From Acutalibacteraceae bacterium (GTDB taxonomy: Bacteria; Bacillota; Clostridia; Oscillospirales; Acutalibacteraceae), in NCBI GenBank assembly GCA_045654545.1, contig JAZONO010000076.1, forward strand, positions 2,683 to 66,682: a stretch of DNA of 64,000 bases, in the 5' to 3' direction. The notes beneath the pieces are model-generated. The model did no database searches. It saw nothing but the letters and a program-made list of their open reading frames with translations, and was not told the origin of the DNA. This document shows, piece after piece, positions 1-7,742 of this stretch (position 1 is the first letter of the stretch; every line of letters begins with the position of its first letter). The position numbers and the translations under genes are program-made.

Positions 1-733
1 GCGTGAATACACGGTGGAGGCAGGACGCCCCGACACGGTGACGGCGGAAAAACTCGGCGCCATTCGCACGGGCGGTGCCGGACGTGTCAGTATCAATCCG
101 CAAACGCTGTCGGACGAGGTGCTTTGCACCATTGGTCGTCGCCACACCGTGGCACAGTTTTATGATGCGTATAATCTGGCGGTCAAAACGGGCTTTGATT
201 GCATCAACACCGATCTGATCGCCGGTTTGCCGGGTGACACGACCGAAAGCTTTTCGCGCACGCTGGACGGCATTTTGGCACTGGATCCCGAAAACGTGAC
301 GATACATACCCTCTCGCTCAAGCGGGCATCCAATCTGGTGGTACAGCACCGCGGCGAGTTGCCGTCGAGCGATGCGGCGATCCGTATGGTGGCGGAAAGC
401 GCCTCCCGATTGCCTGCGGCAGGTTATCACCCGTATTACCTGTATCGCCAAAGCCGTATGGCAGGCAACCAAGAAAACGTGGGATGGTCGAAAGAGGGAA
501 AAGACGGGTTGTATAACGTCTATATCATGGATGAAACACATACGATATTCGGTGTGGGTGCCGGTGCGGTGACCAAACTTAAACAAGCCGGCACACACTA
601 TTTGGAACGCATTTTCAACTACAAATTCCCGTATGAGTACAACGCGAATTTTGAGGAAATGTTGCGCAGAAAGGAGCCGATCTATGAGTTTTACCGAACC
701 TATCCGCCGCGTGCTTCAGCAAAAGGAGATTAA
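1..733 (+). CDS. radical SAM coproporphyrinogen dehydrogenase-like protein (HemN/HemZ family), C-terminal part; 5' end lies outside the window
   Basis: ORF 14..733 is open to the window edge. Translated segments VSINPQTLSDEVL, NTDLIAGLPGDT, ENVTIHTLSLKR and YHPYYLYRQ resemble the distal half of HemN/HemZ-type radical SAM enzymes. Confidence 0.7.
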   Translation, partial: REYTVEAGRPDTVTAEKLGAIRTGGAGRVSINPQTLSDEVLCTIGRRHTVAQFYDAYNLAVKTGFDCINTDLIAGLPGDTTESFSRTLDGILALDPENVTIHTLSLKRASNLVVQHRGELPSSDAAIRMVAESASRLPAAGYHPYYLYRQSRMAGNQENVGWSKEGKDGLYNVYIMDETHTIFGVGAGAVTKLKQAGTHYLERIFNYKFPYEYNANFEEMLRRKEPIYEFYRTYPPRASAKGD

Positions 734-1622
734 CACCCAAGCGACCAACGATCCCGTGGGATTCATCCGCACGGAATGTGACCGTTACCGCCGCAACGTG
801 GAGGATGTGTGTGCCCGTTTGAACGATCCGAACGTGAAGCGGCGTGTGCTGTTACTGGCAGGGCCGAGTTCATCGGGAAAAACCACCACCGCCAACCTGC
901 TGTGCGACGGCTTGCGCCGCGGCGGCATGGATGCCTTTGTGGTGTCACTGGACGATTTTTACCGTGGGCGCGGACTGGCGCCGCAACTGCCCGACGGCAG
1001 TTTCGATTACGAATCCCCCGAAGCGTTGGATCTGCCGCAACTGGCTTCGTGTATTCGTTCCTTGTTGGAGGAAGGGCACGCCGCGATTCCGCAATACGAT
1101 TTTAAAGCAGGTGTGCCGAAACCCGATAAGCGAGAACTTACGTTGACCCACCGTGCGGTGGTGATCTTTGAGGGAATTCACGCATTGTCACCGACACTTC
1201 TGGAGCAACTCCCCAAAAAGCACGTGAAAAAGCTGTTTATTCATACCCGTTCCCGTTTTTACGATGGGCATGAGATGTTGCTCTCGCGCCGTGAAACGCG
1301 CCTGGTGCGGCGTATGGTGCGCGACGACAAGCATCGCGGCACCGATGCCGCCGCCACCTTGTCCATGTGGCCGCAGGTAGTGCGTGGAGAGGACACGTAT
1401 TTATTTCCTTTCGCCGATACGGTGGATATGACCATTGACACCACCCATGCATTTGAACCGTGTATGCTGGCGGTGCAGGCGTTGCCGCTGTTGCGCGCAA
1501 TCTCGCCGCATCATACGATGTATGAAACGGCACGACATTTGATGAGTGCATTGGAAGGGTTTGTGCCTCTGTCACAGGAACTGTTACCGACGGACTGCAT
1601 TTTGCGCGAGTTTTTGGAATGA
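684..1622 (+). CDS. P-loop nucleoside kinase (uridine kinase/phosphoribulokinase family)
   Basis: Walker A motif LLAGPSSSGKTT. ATG 684 is preceded by AGGAG about 8 nt upstream. The longer ORF start at 633 would overlap the upstream gene by 100 nt. Confidence 0.7.
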   Translation: MSFTEPIRRVLQQKEINTQATNDPVGFIRTECDRYRRNVEDVCARLNDPNVKRRVLLLAGPSSSGKTTTANLLCDGLRRGGMDAFVVSLDDFYRGRGLAPQLPDGSFDYESPEALDLPQLASCIRSLLEEGHAAIPQYDFKAGVPKPDKRELTLTHRAVVIFEGIHALSPTLLEQLPKKHVKKLFIHTRSRFYDGHEMLLSRRETRLVRRMVRDDKHRGTDAAATLSMWPQVVRGEDTYLFPFADTVDMTIDTTHAFEPCMLAVQALPLLRAISPHHTMYETARHLMSALEGFVPLSQELLPTDCILREFLE

Positions 1623-1685
1623 CGATTGACATTTTTAAAAAGTCGTGTATACTGGAATATAGAAATACGAAGGAGGATTCCCGTA

Positions 1686-2042
1686 ATGGCAACGTTTGAG
1701 AGCTTTTTGAATATGGCAAAGGATGCGGTGCAAACCGCTGAAAAGAAAACGGGCGAATTTATTGATACCACCAAACTGAAGATGGAGATCAACCGCGTGG
1801 AACGCGAACTGGCGGCAACCTTTGAAGGTCTTGGTCGTTTGGTGTTCGATGCGAAAAAAGGCGCTGAGGACATCGACGAATTGATGGACACCTGTGTGAT
1901 GCACATTGATGAGTTGAATGAGCGTTTGGCAAAATTGCAAGGAAAATTGGCGGAAAGCAGAAATGCCATTCGTTGCCCTGCGTGCGGCGGCCTGAACGAT
2001 CAGGATGCGGCGTATTGCAAATCCTGCGGCGAGAAGATCTGA
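1686..2042 (+). CDS. zinc-ribbon domain protein (coiled-coil N-terminus, C-terminal CPACG-x10-CKSCG)
   Basis: ATG 1686 follows GGAGG. The C-terminus RCPACGGLNDQDAAYCKSCGEKI is a double-CxxC zinc ribbon. Confidence 0.6.
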   Translation: MATFESFLNMAKDAVQTAEKKTGEFIDTTKLKMEINRVERELAATFEGLGRLVFDAKKGAEDIDELMDTCVMHIDELNERLAKLQGKLAESRNAIRCPACGGLNDQDAAYCKSCGEKI

Positions 2043-2054
2043 TAACGAAATGAC

Positions 2055-2097
2055 AAAAAACAACGTGTGCAAAACGTTTTGCACACGTTGTTTTTTT
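2055..2097 (+). terminator. intrinsic terminator
   Basis: Perfect palindrome CAACGTGTGCAAAAC/GTTTTGCACACGTTG (2061..2090) followed by a T7 run, with an A-run upstream. Confidence 0.8.
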
Positions 2098-2182
2098 GCA
2101 CTCACGGTGCGGATTCGTCATACAGTGGAGTGAGGACGAATGTCCGATTTTGAATACGGAGCGTGACGAAGTGAGAAACGAT

Positions 2183-2359
2183 ATGATAGGACGGCAGACA
2201 CCGTCCCTTGACACGTGTCGGGACGAGTGGTTGCCCGTGTTGGCGTTTGTACCGCCGCAGGATTTGGGTCAGGTGTATGAGCCGGAATGCGGATTCCCCC
2301 GTGGAACGATCTTCCCGGTTCTCGACAAACCGTTTTTGGCAGGGGGGTGCGCACGGTGA
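2183..2359 (+). CDS. cotJA: spore coat-associated protein CotJA
   Basis: LAFVPPQ...YEPECGFPRGTIFPVLDKPF fits the CotJA signature, and the gene lies directly upstream of cotJB/cotJC. The start is uncertain: the ORF opens at 2096 and ATG 2183 was chosen. Confidence 0.6.
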   Translation: MIGRQTPSLDTCRDEWLPVLAFVPPQDLGQVYEPECGFPRGTIFPVLDKPFLAGGCAR

Positions 2360-2364
2360 ACGGC

Positions 2365-2622
2365 ATGAGCATGACTTCGTGCGAGTTGAAACGCCGTATT
2401 GCGGCGTATGATTTCGCATTGGTGGAGATGAATCTCTATCTGGACACCCATCCCGACGACAAAGAGGCGTTGGAATTGATGTATGCCTACCGCCGCAAGC
2501 GTACCGAGTTGGTCGAGGTGTACGAGAGCCACTTCGGTCCGTATGAAAACGTGGCGGCCGCGGTGCAAAACCCCGATCGTTGGTCGTGGGTGGACGATCC
2601 GTGGCCGTGGGAAACGATGTGA
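2365..2622 (+). CDS. cotJB: spore coat protein CotJB
   Basis: RRIAAYDFALVEMNLYLDTHPDDKEAL and the C-terminal WSWVDDPWPWE are typical of CotJB. An alternative GTG 2356 overlaps the cotJA stop. Confidence 0.8.
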   Translation: MSMTSCELKRRIAAYDFALVEMNLYLDTHPDDKEALELMYAYRRKRTELVEVYESHFGPYENVAAAVQNPDRWSWVDDPWPWETM

Positions 2623-2638
2623 GAGGAGTGAGTGAATC

Positions 2639-3253
2639 ATGTGGATCTATGAGAAGAAATTGCAATATCCCGTGAACATCAAAAACCCCAACCCCAAGAT
2701 CGCGCAAGTTGTGATCAGCCAGATCGGCGGTCCCGATGGGGAACTCGGTGCCTCCATGCGGTATCTGCATCAGCGGTATTCCATGCCGTATGCCGAATTA
2801 AAGGGGATTTTAACGGACATTGGCACAGAGGAGTTGGCACACCTGGAAATGGTGTCGGCGATCGTGTATCAGTTGACGCGCAACCTCACGCCCGATGAAA
2901 TCAAGCGCGCAGGGTTCGACAAGTATTTTGTGGATCACACGTCGAGTGTGTATCCGCAGGCGGCATCGAGCTTGCCGTGGCGCGCGGAATATATCGGGGT
3001 GAAGGGAGACGTGTTGACCGACCTGCACGAAGATCTGGCCGCCGAGCAAAAAGCGCGCACCACGTACGATAACCTGTTGCGCTTGATCGACGATCCCGAC
3101 GTGCGTGAACCGCTGAAATTCCTGCGCCAGCGCGAACTTGTGCACTATCAACGATTCGGCGAAGGCTTGCGCTTGGCAAGCGACCGCTTGAACGCACAGA
3201 ACTTCTACGCCTGCAACCCGAGTTTTGACAAAAATTGCGGTAACAACCGATAA
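2639..3253 (+). CDS. cotJC: manganese catalase-family spore coat protein CotJC
   Basis: MWIYEKKLQYPV, GELGASMRYLHQRY, GTEELAHLEMV and ELVHYQRF match the CotJC/Mn-catalase family. Confidence 0.9.
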   Translation: MWIYEKKLQYPVNIKNPNPKIAQVVISQIGGPDGELGASMRYLHQRYSMPYAELKGILTDIGTEELAHLEMVSAIVYQLTRNLTPDEIKRAGFDKYFVDHTSSVYPQAASSLPWRAEYIGVKGDVLTDLHEDLAAEQKARTTYDNLLRLIDDPDVREPLKFLRQRELVHYQRFGEGLRLASDRLNAQNFYACNPSFDKNCGNNR

Positions 3254-3263
3254 ACAAATTACG

Positions 3264-3297
3264 AAAGAGTCCGTTTAATGAAACGGGCTCTTTCTCT
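3264..3297 (+). terminator. intrinsic terminator after cotJC
   Basis: Stem GAGTCCGTTT/AAACGGGCTC with loop AATG, followed by TTTCTCTGTT. Confidence 0.7.
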
Positions 3298-3358
3298 GTT
3301 GCTTTTTCTTTTCAAATATGCTACAATCACTTGGAGATAAGGAAGAGGGGGATGCGGA

Positions 3359-4441
3359 ATGGAGTATCTTATGCTTTTGCCGATTGTTTTCGTGCTTTTG
3401 ATTTTTATTATCTTGCTTGTGGTTATCATCGTCTCTTCCGTGAAACGATATAAGAAAAAACCGACAATGCAAGATTTTATGAGAAATCCGTTCGGCAATG
3501 TGTACGGTGCGGCCTTTGGCGCTCTTGAGCAGGCCTCTCGATTGGATCGTGCTTTTCAGACTGTGATTTCAAATCCGTGCGAGGCAACGGCCGTCGCTTT
3601 GTTGAACGAACTCAACAGCGTGGACGAGCTGTTCAAATTCGGGATGTCTAACGGGCGTGGGGTAAACACGGCGCTTTGGAAAAATACGTTTAACAGCTAT
3701 ATTGTGAACAACAATGGTATCAAGACCGAAACCAAACTGGCCATTCGCGAAGCGCTCATTCGCCTTTCGGTGGACCATCTCAGCCGCGTGGTGGATACCA
3801 AAGCCATTGGCGATGCCGGTGAAGCCAACGTGTGGTTTTCGTTGTCGCGCCTTGCGGCAAACGCCCCGTTGAATGCGTTCTTCTCGGTTCGTTTACCTTA
3901 CAATAATCCGGGTTCGCAAGAAATCGACAATATTATTGTTTGTTCCAAAGGTGTACTTTTGGTGGAAATTAAAACTAAACTACCCGGTGACGGCAGAGTC
4001 GTTACGTCGGCTGAAATTCCCAATCCGTATGAGCAAATTTCCGAGCACGAAAATGCGTTTGTAAAAAATTTCGGCAACATTCCGCACCGCAATTTGTTGG
4101 TTTTAAGTTATCCTAAAAACCAGTTCGTACAATACGACATGTCCACCTTTCCCCCAAACGACAAGTATACGACACTGACGGTGGATACTCTTTATGAGTA
4201 CATATCCACGTTGCAGGGGCCTGACGTGTTGGATGCTACAACGATAGAAGCGCTCTCCACTCAACTTACATCTTCAAAATACTGGAATTATGTGGACAAC
4301 AAACGCGTTACCAAATGGGTCGTGAACGGCAGAGAAGAATCCTCTCTCAAAGAAACAAAACCGCTTAATTTCTGCCCTCAATGCGGTAAAAAACTGAATG
4401 CTCCCGCATCCTTCTGCGCCTTTTGCGGCCAAAAACTGTAA
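3359..4441 (+). CDS. membrane-anchored NERD-domain protein with C-terminal zinc ribbon
   Basis: N-terminal TM helix. IGDAGEANVWFSL...QEIDNIIVCSKGVLLVEIKT resembles the NERD nuclease-related domain. The C-terminus is CPQCG-x10-CAFCG. An SD GGAAGAGGGGG lies upstream. Confidence 0.65.
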   Translation: MEYLMLLPIVFVLLIFIILLVVIIVSSVKRYKKKPTMQDFMRNPFGNVYGAAFGALEQASRLDRAFQTVISNPCEATAVALLNELNSVDELFKFGMSNGRGVNTALWKNTFNSYIVNNNGIKTETKLAIREALIRLSVDHLSRVVDTKAIGDAGEANVWFSLSRLAANAPLNAFFSVRLPYNNPGSQEIDNIIVCSKGVLLVEIKTKLPGDGRVVTSAEIPNPYEQISEHENAFVKNFGNIPHRNLLVLSYPKNQFVQYDMSTFPPNDKYTTLTVDTLYEYISTLQGPDVLDATTIEALSTQLTSSKYWNYVDNKRVTKWVVNGREESSLKETKPLNFCPQCGKKLNAPASFCAFCGQKL

Positions 4442-4477
4442 TGTCTGTTTGACAAAAACTGCGGAAAACAAAAACGA

Positions 4478-4507
4478 AAAAGGACGCCCGTGGGTGTCCT
4501 TTTCTTT
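4478..4507 (+). terminator. intrinsic terminator
   Basis: Stem AGGACGCC/GGTGTCCT followed by TTTCTTT. Confidence 0.65.
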
Positions 4508-4554
4508 ATGAAAAAGAGATGGACAGAACGGGCGGTTCGTGATACAATGAACGT

Positions 4555-5058
4555 ATGAAGAAAAAGGGGGGAAGGCTCATGACGGCCGAACGCTATCGAC
4601 GGTGGAGTGCACCGTTTCGCGGAAAACGCATCGTTCCCGTAACCGATACCGTGTTAACGGGCATCGTGTACGTCGCCTATCCCTTGTTGCTGGCCTTCGC
4701 ATGGTGGCGAAACGCCGCCGTGCCGTGGCGTGCCGTGTGGGTGCCGGCCTTATGGCTCGTGCTCGTTTCGCTGGCACGCCGTTTGATCAATCGCCCCCGT
4801 CCGTATGAGCGGCTTTGCATCGAGCCGCTGATAAAGAAAGACACCAAAGGGTGTTCATGCCCCAGCCGACACGCCTTTTCGGTGTGGATGATCGCCACCA
4901 CCGCCTGGTGGCTGCTGCCGCCGCTCGGCGCGGTGCTCACCGCGGTGGGGGTGTTACTGTGTGTCACCCGTGTGCTCGGCGGTGTGCACGATGAATGGGA
5001 CGTCATCCTCGGTGCACTCGTCGGTGTATTGGGCGGTGTATTGTATTGGATCGTGTAA
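4555..5058 (+). CDS. PAP2-family phosphatase (membrane)
   Basis: PSRHAFS and RVLGGVHDEWDV match the PAP2 C2/C3 motifs, and the protein has multiple TM segments. An alternative start at ATG 4579 follows GGGGGAAGG. Confidence 0.8.
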   Translation: MKKKGGRLMTAERYRRWSAPFRGKRIVPVTDTVLTGIVYVAYPLLLAFAWWRNAAVPWRAVWVPALWLVLVSLARRLINRPRPYERLCIEPLIKKDTKGCSCPSRHAFSVWMIATTAWWLLPPLGAVLTAVGVLLCVTRVLGGVHDEWDVILGALVGVLGGVLYWIV

Positions 5059-5236
5059 AGGAGTGCGTAAACATAAAACGGGATATTGCACGCAATCGTA
5101 TGGTGTGGCATTCCTCTGCTGCCAACAAAGGTCTGTGCGGTCATTTGGTCACAAACGATCACCTTCGATCCGCCAAAAGGTGACGTGATCTGCCGTGTGC
5201 GCGGTTACAACATCAAAGAATATACCGTAAAGTAAC

Positions 5237-5268
5237 AAAGGTGAGGTGTCATTGACACCTCACCTTTT
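5237..5268. terminator. bidirectional intrinsic terminator between convergent genes
   Basis: Stem GGTGAGGTGTC/GACACCTCACC flanked by an A-run and a T-run. Confidence 0.75.
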
Positions 5269-5276
5269 GTTATGGT

Positions 5277-6341
5277 TTAATCCAGTTTCATATCGCCCGT
5301 TTTGACCCAACCGATTACACGCAGGATCTCGTTGAATATAAACGAGAGCAGGGCAGGCAACACAAAGCAAACCAGTGCCAACCCGATCCATTGCAACGAG
5401 CCGAGCGGACCTTGGTAGCCGTTGGTGGGATCCAGCCACCCAAGCACCATACCGATCGGGCCGAGCAGACCGCAAGTGCCCATGCCGGAATTGATGGCGG
5501 CACCGTACATCTTCAGTTGAAACACACACACGGCGAGCGGTCCCGTGATGGCGGATGCCAGCGTGGGGGCAATCCAAATTTGCGGATGGCGCAGAATGTT
5601 CGGCATTTGCAACATACTGGTGCCGATACCTTGCGATACCACACCGCCCCACCCGTTTTCACGGAAACTGATGACCGCAAAGCCCACCATCTGTGCACAG
5701 CAACCGGCCACCGCCGCCGCGCCGGCAATAGCCAGTCCTTCCGAACTGCCGGCGGCCACAGCACTGCCCGTGAGCACCAATCCGGCACAGATAGCGGCGC
5801 TGGAGATGGGCAAGGTCAGGCAAATGCCCACCACGACCGACACGACGATGCCCGTCACAAACGGGGCTTGTACTGCCGCCCAGCCGATAAAACTGCTTAT
5901 GTAGCCAACCAACGTACCGATGTGCGGTGCGATCCAACGGGAGAGCAGACCGCCCACCAAAACGGTGGTGAAGGGGGTAACCAGAATATCCACTTTTGTC
6001 TTTTTGGAAACCAGCATACCGCATTCCACGGCGGCAATGGCGATGAAGAACACGGCAAGCGGACCGCCGGCCCCTCCCAAGGTGTTGGCCGCGTTACCCA
6101 CAGCGGCGGCCGAAAAGATGACCAGCGGATCGGCTTTGAGCGAATAGGCGATCGCCGCCGCCATGGCAGGGCCGGCCATCGCTTGCGCAAATTTACCGAT
6201 ATCGGCAAAAAAAGCACAGTGGGGGATCATACCGAGCGCGGTAAATATCGTGCCGATCAAGAGCGAGGCAAACAAACCGAGTGCCATCGCGCCCATCGCC
6301 TGAATAAAATACCGATGTAGCAGTTTTTTTACACGTTCCAT
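5277..6341 (-). CDS. polytopic membrane protein, PTS EIIC-like (PTS_EIIC_2-type) permease
   Basis: 354 aa with Gly/Ala-rich TM segments, resembling orphan EIIC-type permeases. No EIIA or EIIB gene is nearby. Confidence 0.55.
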   Translation of the reverse strand: MERVKKLLHRYFIQAMGAMALGLFASLLIGTIFTALGMIPHCAFFADIGKFAQAMAGPAMAAAIAYSLKADPLVIFSAAAVGNAANTLGGAGGPLAVFFIAIAAVECGMLVSKKTKVDILVTPFTTVLVGGLLSRWIAPHIGTLVGYISSFIGWAAVQAPFVTGIVVSVVVGICLTLPISSAAICAGLVLTGSAVAAGSSEGLAIAGAAAVAGCCAQMVGFAVISFRENGWGGVVSQGIGTSMLQMPNILRHPQIWIAPTLASAITGPLAVCVFQLKMYGAAINSGMGTCGLLGPIGMVLGWLDPTNGYQGPLGSLQWIGLALVCFVLPALLSFIFNEILRVIGWVKTGDMKLD

Positions 6342-6388
6342 TTTGACATCGTTCCCTTCCGAGAAAATTTATTGTTTTCTGCGCGAGC

Positions 6389-6432
6389 AGGTTAAACCGA
6401 CAAATCCGGATTCGGATCTGTCGGTTTAACCT
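6389..6432. repeat. 44-bp minimal copy (termini only) of the hairpin-bounded repeat family
   Basis: AGGTTAAACCGACAAATCCG-GATT-CGGATCTGTCGGTTTAACCT forms 19 bp plus 1 mismatch. The arms match the termini of 61229..61379. The last 2 nt overlap the TAG stop of the yihY-like gene. Confidence 0.85.
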
Positions 6433-7267
6433 AACGGCGCAGGAACAGACGACCTTCATCGATCCATACGTTGATTTCGGCACCGAGGAAAAAGATGTAC
6501 ATACAAAAGTACAGCCATAACAGCGAGAACATCACGATGGATAAACTGCCGTAATACGACGACGTGCCGCCGATGCGGTTGAGATAGAGCGAGAAAAGGG
6601 AGGAGAACCCCACCCAGCCGCCGGCTGCCAACAATGCACCCGGAAATTGTTGCAGCCACTTGTTGCATCGTCGCGGTATCGCCACGTATAAAAACCAAAA
6701 CAGGAAAAATAACAGCGCAAATGAAAGCAGAAACGAAAAGCCGCGTCGCCAAAGCACGCCCGTTTCAAACAGCGGAAACAGTTGGGAAAGCCATTGCAAC
6801 ACCACGCCGCCAAACCCCAAAAAAGCAAGCACGATGGTGAGAATCACGAAAAACACCAACACGTATACCGAAGCCAACAATCGTAAGAATACATATCCGC
6901 GCGTGCGATGGACACCGTAAATACGGTCGAGCCCACGCATCAGGGATATAGATCCTTTGGAGGAGGACCACAAAGCCAGAGCGGCGGTGATGACCGTCAC
7001 GGTGATGGGGGAACCGTCGTACAATTCCGATAAGACACGCCGCACAAAATCGGCAATCGCTTCGGGAATGATACGCACAAACAGATCGGTGATCTGGGTT
7101 TCGGTGAACGGCAAGCGGGGGAGAAGGGATAACAGCAGTACCGCGCCGGGGAAAAAAGAGATCACCAAAAACAAGGTAGCCTGTGCGGCATACGCCTCCA
7201 CCGCATTGGCCTGATTGCGTGCCGAAAAATCCCCCAAAAAACGCCACAGTTGCCGTGCATACCGCAT
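6431..7267 (-). CDS. YihY/BrkB-family membrane protein
   Basis: The N-terminus RFLGDFSARNQANAVEAYAAQATLFLVISFFP and about 6 TM segments are typical of the YihY family. An SD AAAGGTGGAGAGG lies upstream. Confidence 0.75.
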   Translation of the reverse strand: MRYARQLWRFLGDFSARNQANAVEAYAAQATLFLVISFFPGAVLLLSLLPRLPFTETQITDLFVRIIPEAIADFVRRVLSELYDGSPITVTVITAALALWSSSKGSISLMRGLDRIYGVHRTRGYVFLRLLASVYVLVFFVILTIVLAFLGFGGVVLQWLSQLFPLFETGVLWRRGFSFLLSFALLFFLFWFLYVAIPRRCNKWLQQFPGALLAAGGWVGFSSLFSLYLNRIGGTSSYYGSLSIVMFSLLWLYFCMYIFFLGAEINVWIDEGRLFLRR

Positions 7268-7290
7268 ATCCTCTCCACCTTTCGTGTGGT

Positions 7291-7565
7291 AGGTTAAGCC
7301 GTCAGACCCGAACCCGCCTCATAGTGGGATGTTTCGGCGCTTTTTGCCCCGTTCGTTCTCGCAAGGCGCAAGCATTTCTTCGCCCGACCGGAACAAAAAT
7401 CCCTCGAAATCTCCTCACAATGAGGTCGTAGATTTTGGAAAGAGCGGATTTTTGTCACGTCAAGGCAAAAGCGGAGGTAATCCTCGTGGATTACCGAGCA
7501 TTTTAACACTGACAGGGCGAAAATCCGCCTTTCCAAAACGGAGTTCGGGTTTGTCGGCTTAACCT
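7291..7565 (+). repeat. 275-bp long copy of the hairpin-bounded repeat family (MITE-like or structured RNA)
   Basis: 23-nt inverted termini at 7291..7313 and 7543..7565. Segments 7291..7402 and 7527..7565 align with 61229..61379. An extra 124-nt module (7403..7526) is bracketed by AAAATCC direct repeats. Confidence 0.85.
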
Positions 7566-7653
7566 AGTGTATGTGGTGTCGCTCGAAATATGCCGTTTTC
7601 TATTGTCAGTTATTATAGCACAACAGAAAAAATAATGCAATATGTGACGTGCC

Positions 7654-7683
7654 TTGACAAAACAGAGATAAATATAGTATTAT
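7654..7683 (+). promoter_or_regulatory. sigma-A-type promoter for the topoisomerase operon
   Basis: TTGACA (7654..7659), an 18-nt spacer, then TATTAT (7678..7683), about 60 nt upstream of ATG 7743. Confidence 0.5.
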
Positions 7684-7742
7684 ATATAAATAAGAATTGG
7701 AAAAGAAACACAATATGTAGTTTTTGAAGGACGGATGAACGT

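Noticed and set aside
2119-2126. CATACAGT upstream of cotJA, resembling the sigma-E -10 consensus (CATACA-T).
   Set aside because: I could not find a convincing matching -35 element at the right spacing. One 8-mer alone is insufficient to call a promoter. It is consistent with cotJ being sigma-E dependent in Bacillus, but it remains unproven.
5077-5235. Open frame without an ATG in the PAP2/EIIC convergent spacer, ending ...ITFDPPKGDVICRVRGYNIKEYTVK-stop.
   Set aside because: It has no ATG or SD-linked start, is only about 52 codons long, and shows no recognisable family. It may be another gene relic, but I cannot support that from sequence alone.
7183-7431. Small ORFs running through the repeat copies (7183..7431+, 7329..7562+, 61199..61381+) that share the peptide LIVGCFG.FCPVRSRK.
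   Set aside because: The shared peptide simply reflects the ~91% nucleotide identity of the repeats. The ORFs start outside or at the element edge, lack SD sequences, and differ in extent between copies.
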